This document shows positions 1-13,660 of a stretch of 64,000 nt of DNA, piece by piece. The position numbers and the translations under genes are program-made. Below the pieces are notes generated by a model, which saw only the letters and a list, made by a program, of their open reading frames with translations, did no database searches and was not told the DNA's origin. The first letter of the stretch is position 1, and every line of letters begins with the position of its first letter. Source of the DNA: Chrysomallon squamiferum (taxonomy: Eukaryota > Animalia > Mollusca); NCBI GenBank assembly GCA_012295275.1, contig CM022667.1, forward strand, positions 15,872,001-15,936,000, in the 5' to 3' direction.

Positions 1-221
1 TTTACGTGTTTTTGCACTATTTATGTCTTAGACTCTTAATTTCTGTTGTTCATATTTTCAATAGAACGTTCATTCATTATTAATTATTAATGATATAATG
101 CTGTTTAGGAAGTGAAAAAAAAAAATTACGAAGGGTTTGCACTCCAAATTAATTTAAAAATTTTGTTTTAAATTCTTTTTTAATTTTTCGTAAAAGATTA
201 TTTTTCTCATTTTTATTTCAG

Positions 222-261
222 AAATTTATAAATTTGTCAGCGAGAAGGTTCTGCAGAAACC
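222..261 (+). other. SLC26 copy A, predicted non-coding (5'UTR) exon 2, 40 nt
   Basis: Pyrimidine tract + AG (ttttatttcAG, AG at 220-221) and GTAAGT donor at 262. The same 40-nt exon with both splice sites recurs at 27031-27070(-) and 29102-29141(-). Confidence 0.7.
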
Positions 262-583
262 GTAAGTATGAAATAATTACAACAGTTATACAATATAATC
301 AGCGGGCAGTAACACACATGTATCAACAACTAAAACTCACTGCTGCAGGGGTTTTATCTGTATGGCAAAACATTATTTGTGCGTGGATTATATTAATTCT
401 TAAAGATTTTCCTTATTTACTCACTTATTTATTTATTTAATACTTTAATTATTAAATTATTTATTATAATTTCAAAAAGAATACCATGAACAAAAGCCAT
501 GAACTTTAATTTTCTACAGTATTTTCTCGTATTAATTTATTACTTTAATTTTTTACAGTATTTTCTCGTATTTATTTTTTGAA

Positions 584-637
<54 letters not shown>

Positions 638-724
638 TTGTTTTGTTGTTGTTGTTTTACCGCTGCGACGAGAGAGAGAGGCAAAAATTATTTGTGCCGT
701 GTATTACATTCGTTTTTAAATCTT

Positions 725-756
<32 letters not shown>

Positions 757-2499
757 TAATTTATTTATTTACTTATAATTTTAATAAAAACACCATGGAT
801 AAAAACTAAAACTGACTGTCACTGAGTTTTTAATTTGTATGGACAAAAATATTTGTGCCATGGATTATATCAATTTTTTAATTTTTTATTTGTTTATTTA
901 TTTATTTATTTATTTATATATTTATTTATTTATTTATTTATTTATTTATTCATAATTGGAAACAACATTTTTCTTTTTTCATTTATTTCAGCCTTGGCTT
1001 CAATAGGAATGTTATAATTATTTTTAAAACTGATTTACTCTTTCATACTTTTTTAGTAAAATTATAATTATGTGTATTACAGTTTTGAAAACTGTATTGC
1101 TTAGACCACTGTTAACATCACTGGCTGTAGAAAATAATTTAGTAAGAAGCAAGCTTTAGTTGGTTAATTGTCAGCAAAGTTTTGTCTCACTCTCTTTCTC
1201 TCTCTGTCGTTGTCACGCACACATATATAAATCATACAATGTCTCTCTCGTTCAGTAGTAGACATATATTCTAAAACTACACATAAGCTTACACAGAAAC
1301 AAATTCGTACATTTGTACATTTATAAATGAATGTAATTGCTCGCTATTAGTGACACAGAAATGCAGACACGTAACACGAATATCAGTATTATTAACATTA
1401 CTCCGAACTTCACTCTATTATGATGTGCAAAAGTATTTTTACAAACTTTAGTAACAGTGACATTTTTAAAAATAAAAACGTACAGTACTTACCTTCATAT
1501 ATCAGTTCAAATTACTGACCGTACAGAAATATAAAATGAAACAGAAAATATTTATCTTTATAATTAAATCCTTAAATTACGATCAGATAAAGATTTAAAA
1601 CCATAAACATATCAGTTTTATTCAACAGTTCATATGGATCTAAATTACAATGTAATATACAGTTAAATCAGAACTATCTGTCAGTTCAAATCACAGCTTA
1701 CGATAAATTTAGATGGAAATCTACGATCAGTAAAACTATTTATCGCTGGTGTGACTCTCTTCCTGACTGCATATCTGACTATCTATTTGTAATGATACAT
1801 ACGTAAACACGTAGAAACATGCGCGCTACATACGCAGCTAGATGCACACATACCTGCTCAGCTGAACACGCTAACTCACACGCACAAATTATGTTAGCTT
1901 GTTTTTTTATGACTGTTTCTGCTTGATGATTAAAAGCAAACAATGAACAACTATATTTAGCTGATGTTTACATTCTTAAGACGAAGCTATTTTTACAGTT
2001 AATCCTATTTACGTAGTGTTGAAAAGTGAACCAAATTATATTTAGAAACGTTAATCCTTTAATCACATAATTATACAGCCATGCTACATTATCTTCAAAA
2101 TGCACAAAATGTGTACACTGACAGAAGAACAAATTATTTAAATATTTAACATTTGTCTAATTTGGGCATGGATTCGAATTTCGGTTTATTTTTTAGTCGA
2201 ATAGACTTATAATGAATTGTTAGATTTGACAACCGGGTCTTTCAAAGACACATTCTGAATATATATATAGATATAGATAGATAGGTAAATAGATAGATAG
2301 ATAGACAGATACATAGATATACTGCTGTTAATAATTAATGTGCCGACCTGTTGTTAAACAACTATTATTTAATTTCTGTTAGTTCCGAATTTCAGATTAA
2401 CAAAAGCGTATTGGTAGTGCGTCTGTAGTTGTAGAGTATAAAAATCTAATGTAACTCTTTCCTTTTCTCTCTTTTTCGCTTACCATCTGTGTCAGCACA

Positions 2500-2526
2500 A
2501 TGAAGGGCGAAATCGAGAAATTACTG
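2500..2526 (+). CDS. SLC26 copy A, first coding micro-exon (MKGEIEKLL); whole exon predicted 2496-2526
   Basis: acaATG AAG GGC GAA ATC GAG AAA TTA CTG|GTAAGT. Phase-0 donor joins in frame to tttgcAG|GAT at 5701. Homologous exon conserved in copy B (MKGENEKLL). Upstream acceptor gtcAG at 2494-2495 follows a long pyrimidine tract. Confidence 0.8.
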
Positions 2527-4120
2527 GTAAGTTTCGATTTATTTTTCTTTTAATTTAACCTGTTTGGTAATCAAGTTTTCTTTAAAACAATAAAGCATAT
2601 GGTGTTTAAAAAATGGATTTGTATATCAATATATCACGAGTAGTTGAAACAATAATTTTGCATCCGTAAAAATCTGTTGCATGGTTGCGGCACGTCCATC
2701 AGAGAAACTGACATCTGGTGACCCCGGCTAAGCACGGTTTATAACCACCGGCACGCTAACCGATATTTATTCCGCTACTTTGGACTGAAAATTTAAAGCG
2801 ATCTGTTCGTTTTCTGTTCGTAACGTCCAGCTGTGTACAGTTTTTAAGCGAACTGACCTTTGTATGTTTTAAGTAAATATGACCTAATTACAGTTCCTTT
2901 CCTTGCCTTCTTAGCTCCATCGAGGACACAAAACGGTCATATTTATAATGTTAAAATCAAACACACACCGACAGGCACACGTAATAATAATAATAATAAT
3001 AATAAATAATAAATAAGTAAATAAATAAAACAATAAATAAAACAAAGAAGAAGGTTGTTACTGTAAACAAATCCATTGTAAACAACGGTCTATACATATT
3101 CATGTATGTATATAATTATAAAATTTGTGTAATGTGTGTTTGTATTATGCATATATTTTTAGCCTACAGTTTATGATAAAAAAAAAAGTCATTGTCATTG
3201 CCTACTTCGTTTCGGGTGTAAATTCCAGAAAGAAAAAAAAACAACCAACAATACAAAACAAACAAAGACAAATTATATAGTAATTGGTTTTGTCAACATC
3301 AACACACAATTATGCAAGTACGATCACTCCTTAATCAGCTGCGGCAATTTGCACGTAATTAGGCTACCCCTTGAGTTGAAATGATCGCGTTTCTTTGTAA
3401 TTATTACATGCAGCTAAATGAATATGTTTATTATTAGTATGTGCTGATGCCAAAATGAATTCACTCATTTAGATTTAGCGTCAAAAGCAGAAGTGAGCTT
3501 AATACATATAGCTTACATTATGCATTGTCTTAGACGCAATGTCAAAGTGACAGAAAAAAAACGGAAACGTATCGAATTTTCTAAAGCAAAATTTACGGAA
3601 AAGTATTAATCAAATCCACTGTATAAATATACAGATTTAGGACAAATGAACTATCGTACCACTGACATTATTAAAATAATAAAAGCAATTAAATCATTTC
3701 CTGCTATTACCGAATGAGACTTTTTGCAGCCTATGCTAAACATGGAAGCTCTAACATAGAAGATAGCCTTTGAGAGAAACATAGAAGATAGCCTTTGAGA
3801 GAAAAGTAAAAAAAAAAAAAAAAATAAATAATAATAAAAATGGTAGAAGTAGTAGTACTGGCGGTAGTAGTAACAGTAGCAGTTATATTGGTGATTATAA
3901 CTGTGTTTTTGTATTTAAATATATAAATGCAGCATACCACAACGACTAAGAATAATAAACCTAATTTGTTCAGTAACAGAGTAAAAAGATATCTGTTATT
4001 AGTGAATTTTAATAAAGACACACACATACAAACACCCGCATTTTCACTTCTACATTTTAGACACTTACTGTCATCATTTAGTTCTTTCTACTCGTTTCAC
4101 ATGATTCCGTCAGAACAGTA

Positions 4121-4157
<37 letters not shown>

Positions 4158-5700
4158 ACATATCCTGGACAAGAAGAAATTAGGGTTTGTTACAAACAGT
4201 TGGGGAAAGAACTATTCTTAATATAAAGTTTAGCCATCTTGGACCATATTAAATAAGGATGTGAAATTCTTTATTTACCGTTATTGTACGATCGTAATTC
4301 AGTTGAGTTTGTCAGTGAAAAAAATTTGCTGTTAAGTTGGCGCATATTGTACTTACTACGTATCTTTGAAAGAATAAATAAAAATGTCTTGTATCTAAAA
4401 GGCTTTTGAAAACTTTTTAAAACCCTTAGCAATATCAATTTTTTTTTCTTTTTAAATTTATAGTGAATTTTGCAGTAATTTATTTTGTGACCATAGTGGC
4501 TGCTTATATAAAGTGCGGTTTCAACTTAGCATCTTTAACGAAAATTCAGAAACTAAATGATTTCATTTTATTTATTTTTTATTTTATTTTATTTTTAAAT
4601 TGATTGATTGATTAAATTATTTATTTTTTATTTTTGGCTTAGTTAATTATGTACTTTAGTGGTCAACCACTTTTTGACAATATTACTCTCACAGTACAAT
4701 AAACAGACAAACATATTTTTACTTATTTAGTTTATAACCAGTTAATTTTTCACAAACAAGTGCTTAAATAAAAAAGATAATGACAAAAATAATAATAAAA
4801 ACAAGAACAATAATAATGTTGAATATGATATGATTATTATTATTATTATTATTATTAAGAATTACATAAAATAAAATAAAAATTATCTGCAGAATAATTT
4901 ATTCTACATAAACACGGTTTTAAGTTACCTTGAGAGCAATGTATGTTTCTCTACAGTAAACTAAGTCTACTTGTAAACTTGTCAGTGATTTGTTACACAA
5001 GACTTTAGTGTCTACTTTTACGAAGCATCAGACAGCTTTAAAGTGTTGTAAATATAGCAATAATTTAAAAAAGTGATTTATACGCCAGCAGGTGATAGGT
5101 GTATAGCTATTTGATAAAGGTCTTTGTCCAAGGAAGTCTCTTCAGTATTACCAAGTTATCATATTTTATATGTACGTATTAAATTGACTAAAAAACATGA
5201 TGTTTGTTTATTCTAAAAAGAACTCTCTGTCTTTCACTCTGACCTCACAGGCACATCTACACCATCACGCGACTAACTTTATTCTCACAGAACTTTTCTC
5301 CACTTGTACCGCCACCCACATACATATTCATTTTCTTGTCTCATCTTTTCCTCAAGACAATGATTTGTTGAAAATTAATAGTTTCTTTTTGCTCCTCTTA
5401 CTTTTTTCCTGCACATAATTTTCTCACTCAGTTTATTTATTTTTCCACTGCCTGTGTCTCAGTGAACATTTAGCACTTTGTATTCTATTCTATAAAACAC
5501 TGACAAAATTACTATTTAACATGAAGAAAATGAGTTGTATTTTAATGAAATGAAATGTGTATTTATATATATATTCATATATACTTCAAAACTATTCTAA
5601 TACATTTCATTTCCTGTCTGATTATAATAAAGCAATGTAACCTTCTTATAAGAAAGCTAAATAATTTTATTTAATTTAGAACAAATTCGTCTATTTGCAG

Positions 5701-7813
5701 GATCAGGACTCTTCAGCAAACATGGACATTCCGATGGACGAGAAAACGTCGGACGACATGCTGGACACAGTGACCATTAAACGTCGAGTGTACACTCAAA
5801 ACAAACTGGACAGAACCTATCACAAGGCGCCGACTCCGAAGTCTTTAAAAGATCGCTTTAGAAAGAAATGTCAGTGTTCCAAAAGTAGCATCCTTCGCGG
5901 TTTCATTTCTTTGTTGCCAGTCTTGATGGTCATCAAGCGTTATAACTGGAGACAAAATTTACTTGGCGACTTCATGGCCGGTTTGTCTGTATCTTTCATG
6001 CATTTTCCTCAAGGCATAGGCTTCGGAATCCTGGCATCACTCAGAGCTGTGCACGGTTTATACAGCACCTTCTTCGCGATCGTTTTCTACGCCATATTTG
6101 GAACCAGTCAGCACGTCTCTTTTGGGACCAATGCAGTTATTGCTCTTCTTACAGCTACCATAGTTGACAGAGAATCTGATTTAAAGTTCGGCGGTGACGG
6201 TAATTCTTCCAATGTAACAGAATCTGGTGAAGATATCGAGAACACGATACTGCAGTATAAAGTAGGAGTAGCAATGGCTGCAACGTTTCTGACGGGACTA
6301 TTTCTACTGGCAATGGGTGTGTTCAGACTCGGGTTCATCACAAACTATCTTGCCGTATCCTTTGTCGGCGGATTCACAACAGCAGCATCGTTTCACATAA
6401 CAACCAGTCAAGTCAGCAAACTGTTTGGATTAAGTATAAAAAGTAAACCAGGAGCTGGCAAAATCGTTTTAATGTACGTGGACATATTTACCAACATCGC
6501 AGACACAAACATAGCCGATTTCGTGATAGGAGTGATCAGCATTGCCATTTTGCTGGGGGTCAAGGTCGGTATCAACGAACGCTACGGAAAGAAACTGAAA
6601 ATGCCTATTCCTATTGATCTGATAATTGTCATAATTGCGACAATAATTTCCCACTTTGCAGAATTCAACAGAAGATTTGGGATGCATGTTGTTGGATTTA
6701 TTCCTTCAGGAATGCCCGTGCCAAGTCTCCCAGATTTAACAGTGACGACCAGAATAGCTCAGGACAGCTTCGTCATTGCTATTCTGGTATTTGCGATGAC
6801 GATCTCCATGGCGAAGCTTTGTGCAGCTCTACACGACTACGAAGTGGACAGCAATCAGGAATTAGTGGCATACGGAGCGACAAACATCCTGTCTTCATTC
6901 TTTCAGTGCTTTCCTACCTGTGTCGCTCCACCGAGGTCTATGATTCTCAGTTCTCTGGGATCTAAAACCACTCTCAATGCTGTACCGTCAGCCATCTTTA
7001 TCCTGGTTGTTTTGCTGGTCGCTGGACAGCTCTTTGTGTCACTCCCTATCGCCGTTCTTGCTGCGATGATTATGGTGGCGATGAAGAATTTACTTCTGCA
7101 GGTAAAACAGCTTCCAGTTCTTTGGAAGATCAGCAAGGCAGACTTCATCATTTGGCTGACGACGGCGCTTGTATCCATCCTGGTAGATCTGGATATCGGA
7201 CTTATTACTGGAGTTGGTGTCTCCATCTTTTCAATCATCGTCCAGAGCCAGTTTTCGTCTGGTCAGCTTGTTGGCATCTCGGAAAAAGAGGACGTATATC
7301 TGGACGTAAAATATCATAAAGATATAAAAGAACTTAAAGGAATAAAGATATTTTATTTCAGCACAACACTCTTCTTCGCCAGCGCTGAAAGATTCAAGTC
7401 CCAGCTCTTTCAGAAGACATTTCATCCTTTAAAATACGAAAAGGATCGTAAAAGTGCTGTTGTGCAAGCTGATGGGATAAAAGGTACAAATTCCGCCAAA
7501 GACTCTGAGAAAGAAAATGCTAATGGAAACGGAAATTGAAATTGAAACTGAAAATCCAATTCATCACATTATCATTGATTGTTCGGCTATGACTTACATT
7601 GACATGGCTGGCGTAAATGTTCTTAAACTGGTGATCACACAATTCCAGCGAGTGGGAACAGAAATATTTTTAGCAAACTGTTGTCGCTATATGCTGTCGG
7701 TGTTGGAGAAATCACAGATATACGACATTCTGCCTAAGAACCACGTTTTTTACGATGTTCATGATGCTGTAATCGAGGCATGTATGGGTAAAACAATTAC
7801 TTTAAAACAGTAA
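5701..7813 (+). CDS. SLC26/SulP anion transporter copy A, main coding exon, with +1 frameshift at ~7525-7529 (either a frameshifted allele/pseudogene or an assembly indel)
   Basis: ORFs 5695..7539 and 7517..7813 together align end to end with copy B. SLC26 motifs: GDFMAGLSV, PQG, GLYSTF, FGTSQH, GFTTAA, NQELVAYG, STAS LFFAS and IIIDCSAMTYID. The TTG start in the ORF track is the splice acceptor tttgcAG. Length 2113 nt versus 2112 nt in copy B. Confidence 0.9.
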
Positions 7814-8086
7814 AAATATGATGACCACTTTGTATGCACATTCCATCTAAAACGAAATCATATACTATGCATACATGGTGATATCCTATACGTCAACAGT
7901 AATAATAATAATAATAACAATAATAATAATAATCATTATAATATAGATTGACAATCGCTTATCTGAACGATTTGAACTGTAAATATTTTGGAATGTAAAG
8001 AGACAGTCTGAGAATAGGATCTAAGTCTAAAAACGATTTCCATTTATATTTCATTTACAGCATATACACATAATCTGCATAATATT

Positions 8087-8137
<51 letters not shown>

Positions 8138-8236
8138 CTAAACAACTTTGAAATCAATATGTTTGTTTATTATGGCTATTATTAGTATGATGTTATGTGC
8201 ATGAGGTATAAAAAATATTTTGCTTTACTGTACTGA

Positions 8237-8242
8237 AATAAA
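8237..8242 (+). terminator. Candidate polyadenylation signal of copy A
   Basis: AATAAA ~425 nt after the stop, followed by a T/GT-rich element (cagtgtctttattt). Conserved in copy B at 16696-16701(-). Confidence 0.45.
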
Positions 8243-10703
8243 AGTTTTTAAATTTCAATGATACAGTGTCTTTATTTCCAGATTATTTCAGTTATGTGAA
8301 CTTAACAATTATTTATAAACAAAAGTAAATCTTTAGTCTTAAGATGAAGCTGTTACTTGATTTCCGTCAACAAAATAGTATAAACACAAGTCCCTATTGG
8401 CAATTTGTTTACCTGACAGTTAAATTCGTTGTATTTAATGTTAAAGTTTATATCACAACGGATTACGTAATTCTTTCCAGAGGCGAGCGTTGGTTGGTAA
8501 TGTCAGGGACCGGCAAGTTTATTGCTCTCTCTAATCTGTGGAAATTAGCGATATCTCGAGCCCCTTCCTCTGTTCCAGTACTGGACCTAAACATTTGGCG
8601 AACCCACCGCTACCCAACCATTTCCTTTCGTTGCAAAACCCCACACTGTCTGGAATCTTTAATATTCCACAACTTCTGATCTGAGTTAATTTATTTTAAA
8701 TTTAAATTTATTTTTTTTTTTTTTTTGTCTAAAGCAGGCTTTTTCTTTGTTCTGTCAGTGTAGCATTTTTTTGTAAATACACTTTCATTGTTTTTTTTCT
8801 TCCACATTTTCTTCTTGGTTGAGACCGATATTTTTCATTATTGCTATTGCTGTCATTAATGAATCAATGGCTTTATGTTATATAATGTAGTTAAAAGAAT
8901 ATAAAACCTAAAAGTAACTCATTTATATTTCAGGTCGTCATTATACAATATAGAATTATTCTTTTTTTTTTTTTTTTTTTTTTTTTCTCTTTTTACTCTT
9001 TAGTTGTTTTCTTATTTTTAATATCATCATTATTAACACAAACACAACATACAGACACACTACCTAGAGATCACGATATGGAATGTAATTAATGAAATTT
9101 CTCGCTTAACTTAATTTAACTGTCGAGTGTGTCTGTTGTATTCTATAATGTTGAAGTGTTAATAGACTAAATACATTTTTGCTGAGACAGACTGTTTTAT
9201 TTACATTTAGCCATTACTCTGATTTGTTTATCGTCAACATCACGTGAATTACTGAAGACTTGTTGCATCATTCATTCTGTGAACTGTTGTATTTGTAATA
9301 ATAAACAAACCTATAAAAAATAAACAAGCAAATAACAATAAATAGTAAATAAATACATAAATAAGTAATTAAATAAATAAATAATTAAATAAATAAAAAT
9401 AAATAATTAAATAAATTAAATAAATAAATAAATAGACAAATAAATAAACAAATTTATTACTAATACAGAGAACTGATTATGCTTCTTTTTCTTTTGTTTG
9501 TTTGACATTATTTGTATGCATGCATTTGTTCTGTTCTCGTTGACAAAGACAATCAGAAAGTTTATATTTTAAATTTTGTTATTATTTTTTAAATCTTAAT
9601 ACGTGTCTCAAGTATATGAGAGAGTAACCACAACGGCAACAATACATTAACAACAACATTTCACCGAGTACCTTAATAAACCAGTACTCGCTATTGTCAA
9701 CCGCGTTTAACTGTCAGTATTGTTTGAACTATGCAGCTTCTTTTCAAACTATTAATGTATTCAATGCATTTATTGGAACTGAAAATAATAGTCCTAATGA
9801 CACGCAATGGGGAAAAATCTTAAATGTTCTAAAGCTAAATCTATAGAGCTTATCTACGATGTCAGTGGCGTTTATTTGTATTTAACAAATTATTTTATTT
9901 ATTTATTTTATTGTTATTTTCAATGAGCAATGGGTAAAATGGTGCAAACTGTCTTAAAACAATAAATCTTTATAAATCCTTTAAACCATAATATGACACT
10001 TCCGACCAAAAGAAAAGCACACATTTTAGAATGTGTTATAATGGTAGAATAATAAAAATTTCGCTTAATTAGAACGTTACGGGTGTTTCTTAAGGCATGC
10101 TTATATTAATGCATTCTTTGTTTTGTTCTATCCGATTTTCAAGTCTTTGTCTATATTCTTAACTATAAAAAAATAAAAAAAGAATATCAATAACAATAAT
10201 AACAATAACAAAAAAGAAATTACATAAAAGAAATGAAATTTGATGAGTTTGATTAATAATCAATAATATATTTTTAAATCAGTGTTTAACTATGCACGTT
10301 TATTATGTTTCACTAATTACTCAGCTGGACAAATGCAGCAATGCGCACTTCACGTGATTTGCTGAGTGCTTGCAACCTTGGCCTTATCAGATTTATTAAA
10401 CAATTTTTAGACAACATGTCACACTGACATGCATTCTTCACGTTTTAGCTTGAAATATATACCATACTCATCCTTTTTTTCTTCAGTGAAATTCTCACGA
10501 AAATGAGTTCTTTGTTGGTGTTTTTTCTGCATTGTTTTTTCAGTCAGCAGTTCATTGGACTACGTTAGAAATCTGAAAGCGCATAATCGTTCTATTTACC
10601 TAAGTGCACTTACCTGTCCGCGTTTTTTATGAAGACCTGCAGGACATAATCGGAAAATTTTGAATCGTTTCACCAATATTCAGAAATATTTTTCTACTTT
10701 TTA

Positions 10704-10759
<56 letters not shown>

Positions 10760-10765
10760 TATTAT

Positions 10766-10800
<35 letters not shown>

Positions 10801-10922
10801 TGATGATAATGTATGTACGTATGCATACATATACATGCTTGAGCACACACACATATTATTTAACTAACACATTTAAAAACAAAAAATAAAGTGTAATGTC
10901 ACAGAAAACAATTATCTTTGAA

Positions 10923-10980
<58 letters not shown>

Positions 10981-11380
10981 TAAATTATTTGTTGTATGAC
11001 ATTCTTTATTTTTAAATCTTTAACTCCGAAACGTTTACATGTTTTAAAAGTTTTTTTGTTCAGTTTGTTTTTTGTTTTAATTTAAATAACCTATACATGT
11101 ATTAATTTATTTTAAACAGGATTATATTATACAAAACGGACTATGATCTGAGTGTAAACAGAATTAGATCAGACCAGTACACATCTTGTATACAACGGCA
11201 TTTGATACCCTCCCTCCAAATTCCTGGATCAAACCACTGACATATGTATTCATTCTCTCTAGAAAATTCAAAGAATGATAGCGCAAAAATAAAAGTATGA
11301 GACATATGAAATTTGAAACAGCAACATAAGAATGATAACGGTATAATGATAATGAAACAGACATAACACGTAGAAAGAAG

Positions 11381-11463
<83 letters not shown>

Positions 11464-11466
<3 letters not shown>

Positions 11467-12692
11467 ATCTAATAAAGTATTATTAATGAAAGCACCCTCA
11501 TTTACAACCACATATTAGAAGAGAAAGAAGAAGTATATCATTAAATAATACTTTTACAATACACTTCAACGCCTCATGTTACCCCTTGTCAGTTAGAGTT
11601 GTGACGTCATCATGTACCTGTCAGCCAATGTTTTATTTTTTTTTTATTATTATTTTTTTTATTATTATTATTTTTTTTTTTTATTCTAACATCAATTCAA
11701 AAAACTCTGCAGGTGATGACGTCACGAATGCAACATTATTTTAAAACTTTACTACATTGTTGGCATACTTCATGATTAATTAAGACTAGACGCCAAAACA
11801 AATAAAGCAGAACTTGGATATATTCACAAAATATTTATACTATTTATTCATTTCAATAAAAGTACACTTTAAATCAAAACATTTTTATTTTCCTTTTCCT
11901 TTCTTTATTTTCTGTTTTTCTTCTTCATTTTCCATATATATATATTTTTTTTTTTTCTTCAATAAATACAAGACACTATATACCATAATGTTTGAAACAT
12001 ACTTTCATTGTAACCATGCGAATTAGACCAAAGGGAAATTACAGAAGATCCGTGTGTGAGGTTTCAATGTAACCAGTTTGAACCCGTTACTGGTATTTCT
12101 TTGAATCAACTGACACTGTGCATGTGTAACATAATTTGCATGAGTCTGACATCATTCACGTGCACCGAACTGCAAAACGAGAACATATGTACAAAGGAGC
12201 ATTCTAATCACGTTTTTATTCAGTGATAACAGTGACGACGTTTATTACTGTCGTTGTTGTTGTTGTTGCTGCTGTGCTACTGCTTCTTTTGTTCATCATC
12301 ATCGTTGCCATCGCCATTACATTATTATCATCATGGTATCATCATTACCATTAGATGATTATCACCTTTATGATTATTATGATTATGATCCACATCTTCA
12401 TTATGATTGTTGTAATGTCAGGGCGAATTCAAAGGATGTTCTTTCCTTTATTCTATATTAATCCCTCCATATACACGTCAGACTCATTCATTTGTATTAT
12501 TTGATAAATGTGGAATAGATTTATTCAGTAAAAGTCTAAATGTTGAAGTTTTACCAGAGGGAAAAGGAAAAAGCAAGTAATTAAAAAAAAAAGCAGATAC
12601 CAAAATATAACCATTGAGTTTTATGTTGAACGCGAACGAAAGATAACATTAGAATATCTAATATCTTTAAATTTATTATTACTATCTTTTTT

Positions 12693-12694
<2 letters not shown>
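11464..12694. other. ~1.2 kb spacer of the palindrome
   Basis: No mirror partner inside 1-27.3 kb; bounded by (GA)n and (TC)n. Inverted copies occur at ~56600-57150 and ~59300-59580, and a partial direct copy at ~38790-39100. Confidence 0.75.
11602..11724. promoter_or_regulatory. Pair of full CRE palindromes TGACGTCA (11602-11609, 11717-11724)
   Basis: Exact CREB/ATF consensus. Both sites are retained in the paralogous segment (59417-59424, 59511-59518) although the sequence between them differs. Confidence 0.45.
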
Positions 12695-12766
<72 letters not shown>

Positions 12767-13479
12767 TCTCTCTCTGGACTTCGTGTTTATGGCCGTTTCA
12801 GTATTATTATAACACTTTTCTTCTTCTGTTTCTATTTCAAATTACAGGTGTGTCTCATATTTTTATTTTTGCACTATCAATCTTTGAATTTCCTTGAGAG
12901 AATGAAAACTGTATACACATAGGTCACTGGTTTGATCTAGGAATTTGGAGGGAGGGTATCAAATGCCGTAGTGTACAGGATGTGAAATGGACTGATCTAA
13001 TTCTGTTTACACTCAGATCATAGTCCACTTTGTATAATGCAGTTAGGTTTAAAACAAATTAATATATGTATAGGTTATTTAAATTTTAAAAAATGAAAGA
13101 AGAAAATGTAAAATATTTTCTTAAAACATAAAAACATTTAACAACAAAGTCAATTGCAATGTTTTAATGAGAATGAATTAAGGATGTGTAAACGTGTTAG
13201 ATAAATAATGTGTGTGTGCGTGTGTGCGTGTGTGTGTGTGTTATTATTATTAAAAATGAGTAAAATATTTTTGATTATTGTCACTAGATGGTGAAGCGAT
13301 TCAAAATCATCCATTTCTATGCTACAGGTCGGTATCAGCTTCACAAAACGCGCTGTCAGATTTTTAATGTATTCACACGAATTGCTGACTGAAAACACAA
13401 AGCAGAAAAAAAAGGAAGAAAAAAACACCTACTTTTCGTGAATTTTTCATTTAACGAAAACGCATCAGTACGGTATATG

Positions 13480-13660
13480 TTTCAAGCTAAAAGGTTAAGA
13501 ATGTATGTCAGTGTGCCATGAGGTATATAAATTGTTTAATAAACCTGAAACAGGCCAAGGTTGCAAGCGCTCTGCAAATCACGTGAAGTGCGCATTGCTG
13601 CATTTGTCCAGGTGAGTGACCAGAGATGCATAACAAACGTGCACAGTTTAACACTGATTT
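13480..13660. repeat. Conserved ~180-bp downstream module with central TCACGTGA E-box; 7 copies in window
   Basis: Core ggccaaggttgcaag..gcaaatcacgtgaagtgcgcattgctgc at ~10275-10455 (rc), 13480-13660, 34750-34930, 35670-35850, 36785-36965, 39795-39975, and ~54105-54250 (rc, interrupted and mutated). Confidence 0.85.

Larger units (their letters stand above)
1..11463 (+). repeat. Left arm of large imperfect inverted duplication containing copy A
   Basis: Reverse-complement matches in colinear order, e.g. 1-90 to ~27200-27290, 1085-1180 to 26335-26430, 3850-4260 to 22020-22430, CDS to CDS, 10275-10455 to 13480-13660, 11090-11330 to 12830-13080, (GA)n 11385-11463 to (TC)n 12695-12775. Confidence 0.9.

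Noticed and set aside
222-261. 40-nt exon 2 as a coding N-terminal extension (IYKFVSEKVLQKP, in frame with the ATG exon)
   Set aside because: The frame is open, but exon 1 ends with an in-frame TAG/TAA in all three copies and no ATG follows it, so it is treated as 5'UTR.
2437-2480. TATAAAA plus pyrimidine tract as the promoter of copy A
   Set aside because: Not conserved in copy B. The pyrimidine tract is better explained as the acceptor of the micro-exon, and conserved upstream exons exist. A minor alternative start cannot be excluded.
5695-5700. TTG start codons of the two long ORFs (5695 and 19245)
   Set aside because: They are the tttgcAG splice acceptor. Eukaryotic context and an in-frame upstream ATG micro-exon explain them.
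6108-7425. Antisense and alternate-frame ORFs over the SLC26 exons (also 17299-18832)
   Set aside because: Shadows of the real CDS, duplicated only because the gene is duplicated.
7520-7540. Programmed ribosomal frameshift in copy A
   Set aside because: A +1 shift would be needed. There is no canonical X_XXY_YYZ heptamer or evident stimulatory structure, and copy B is simply in frame.
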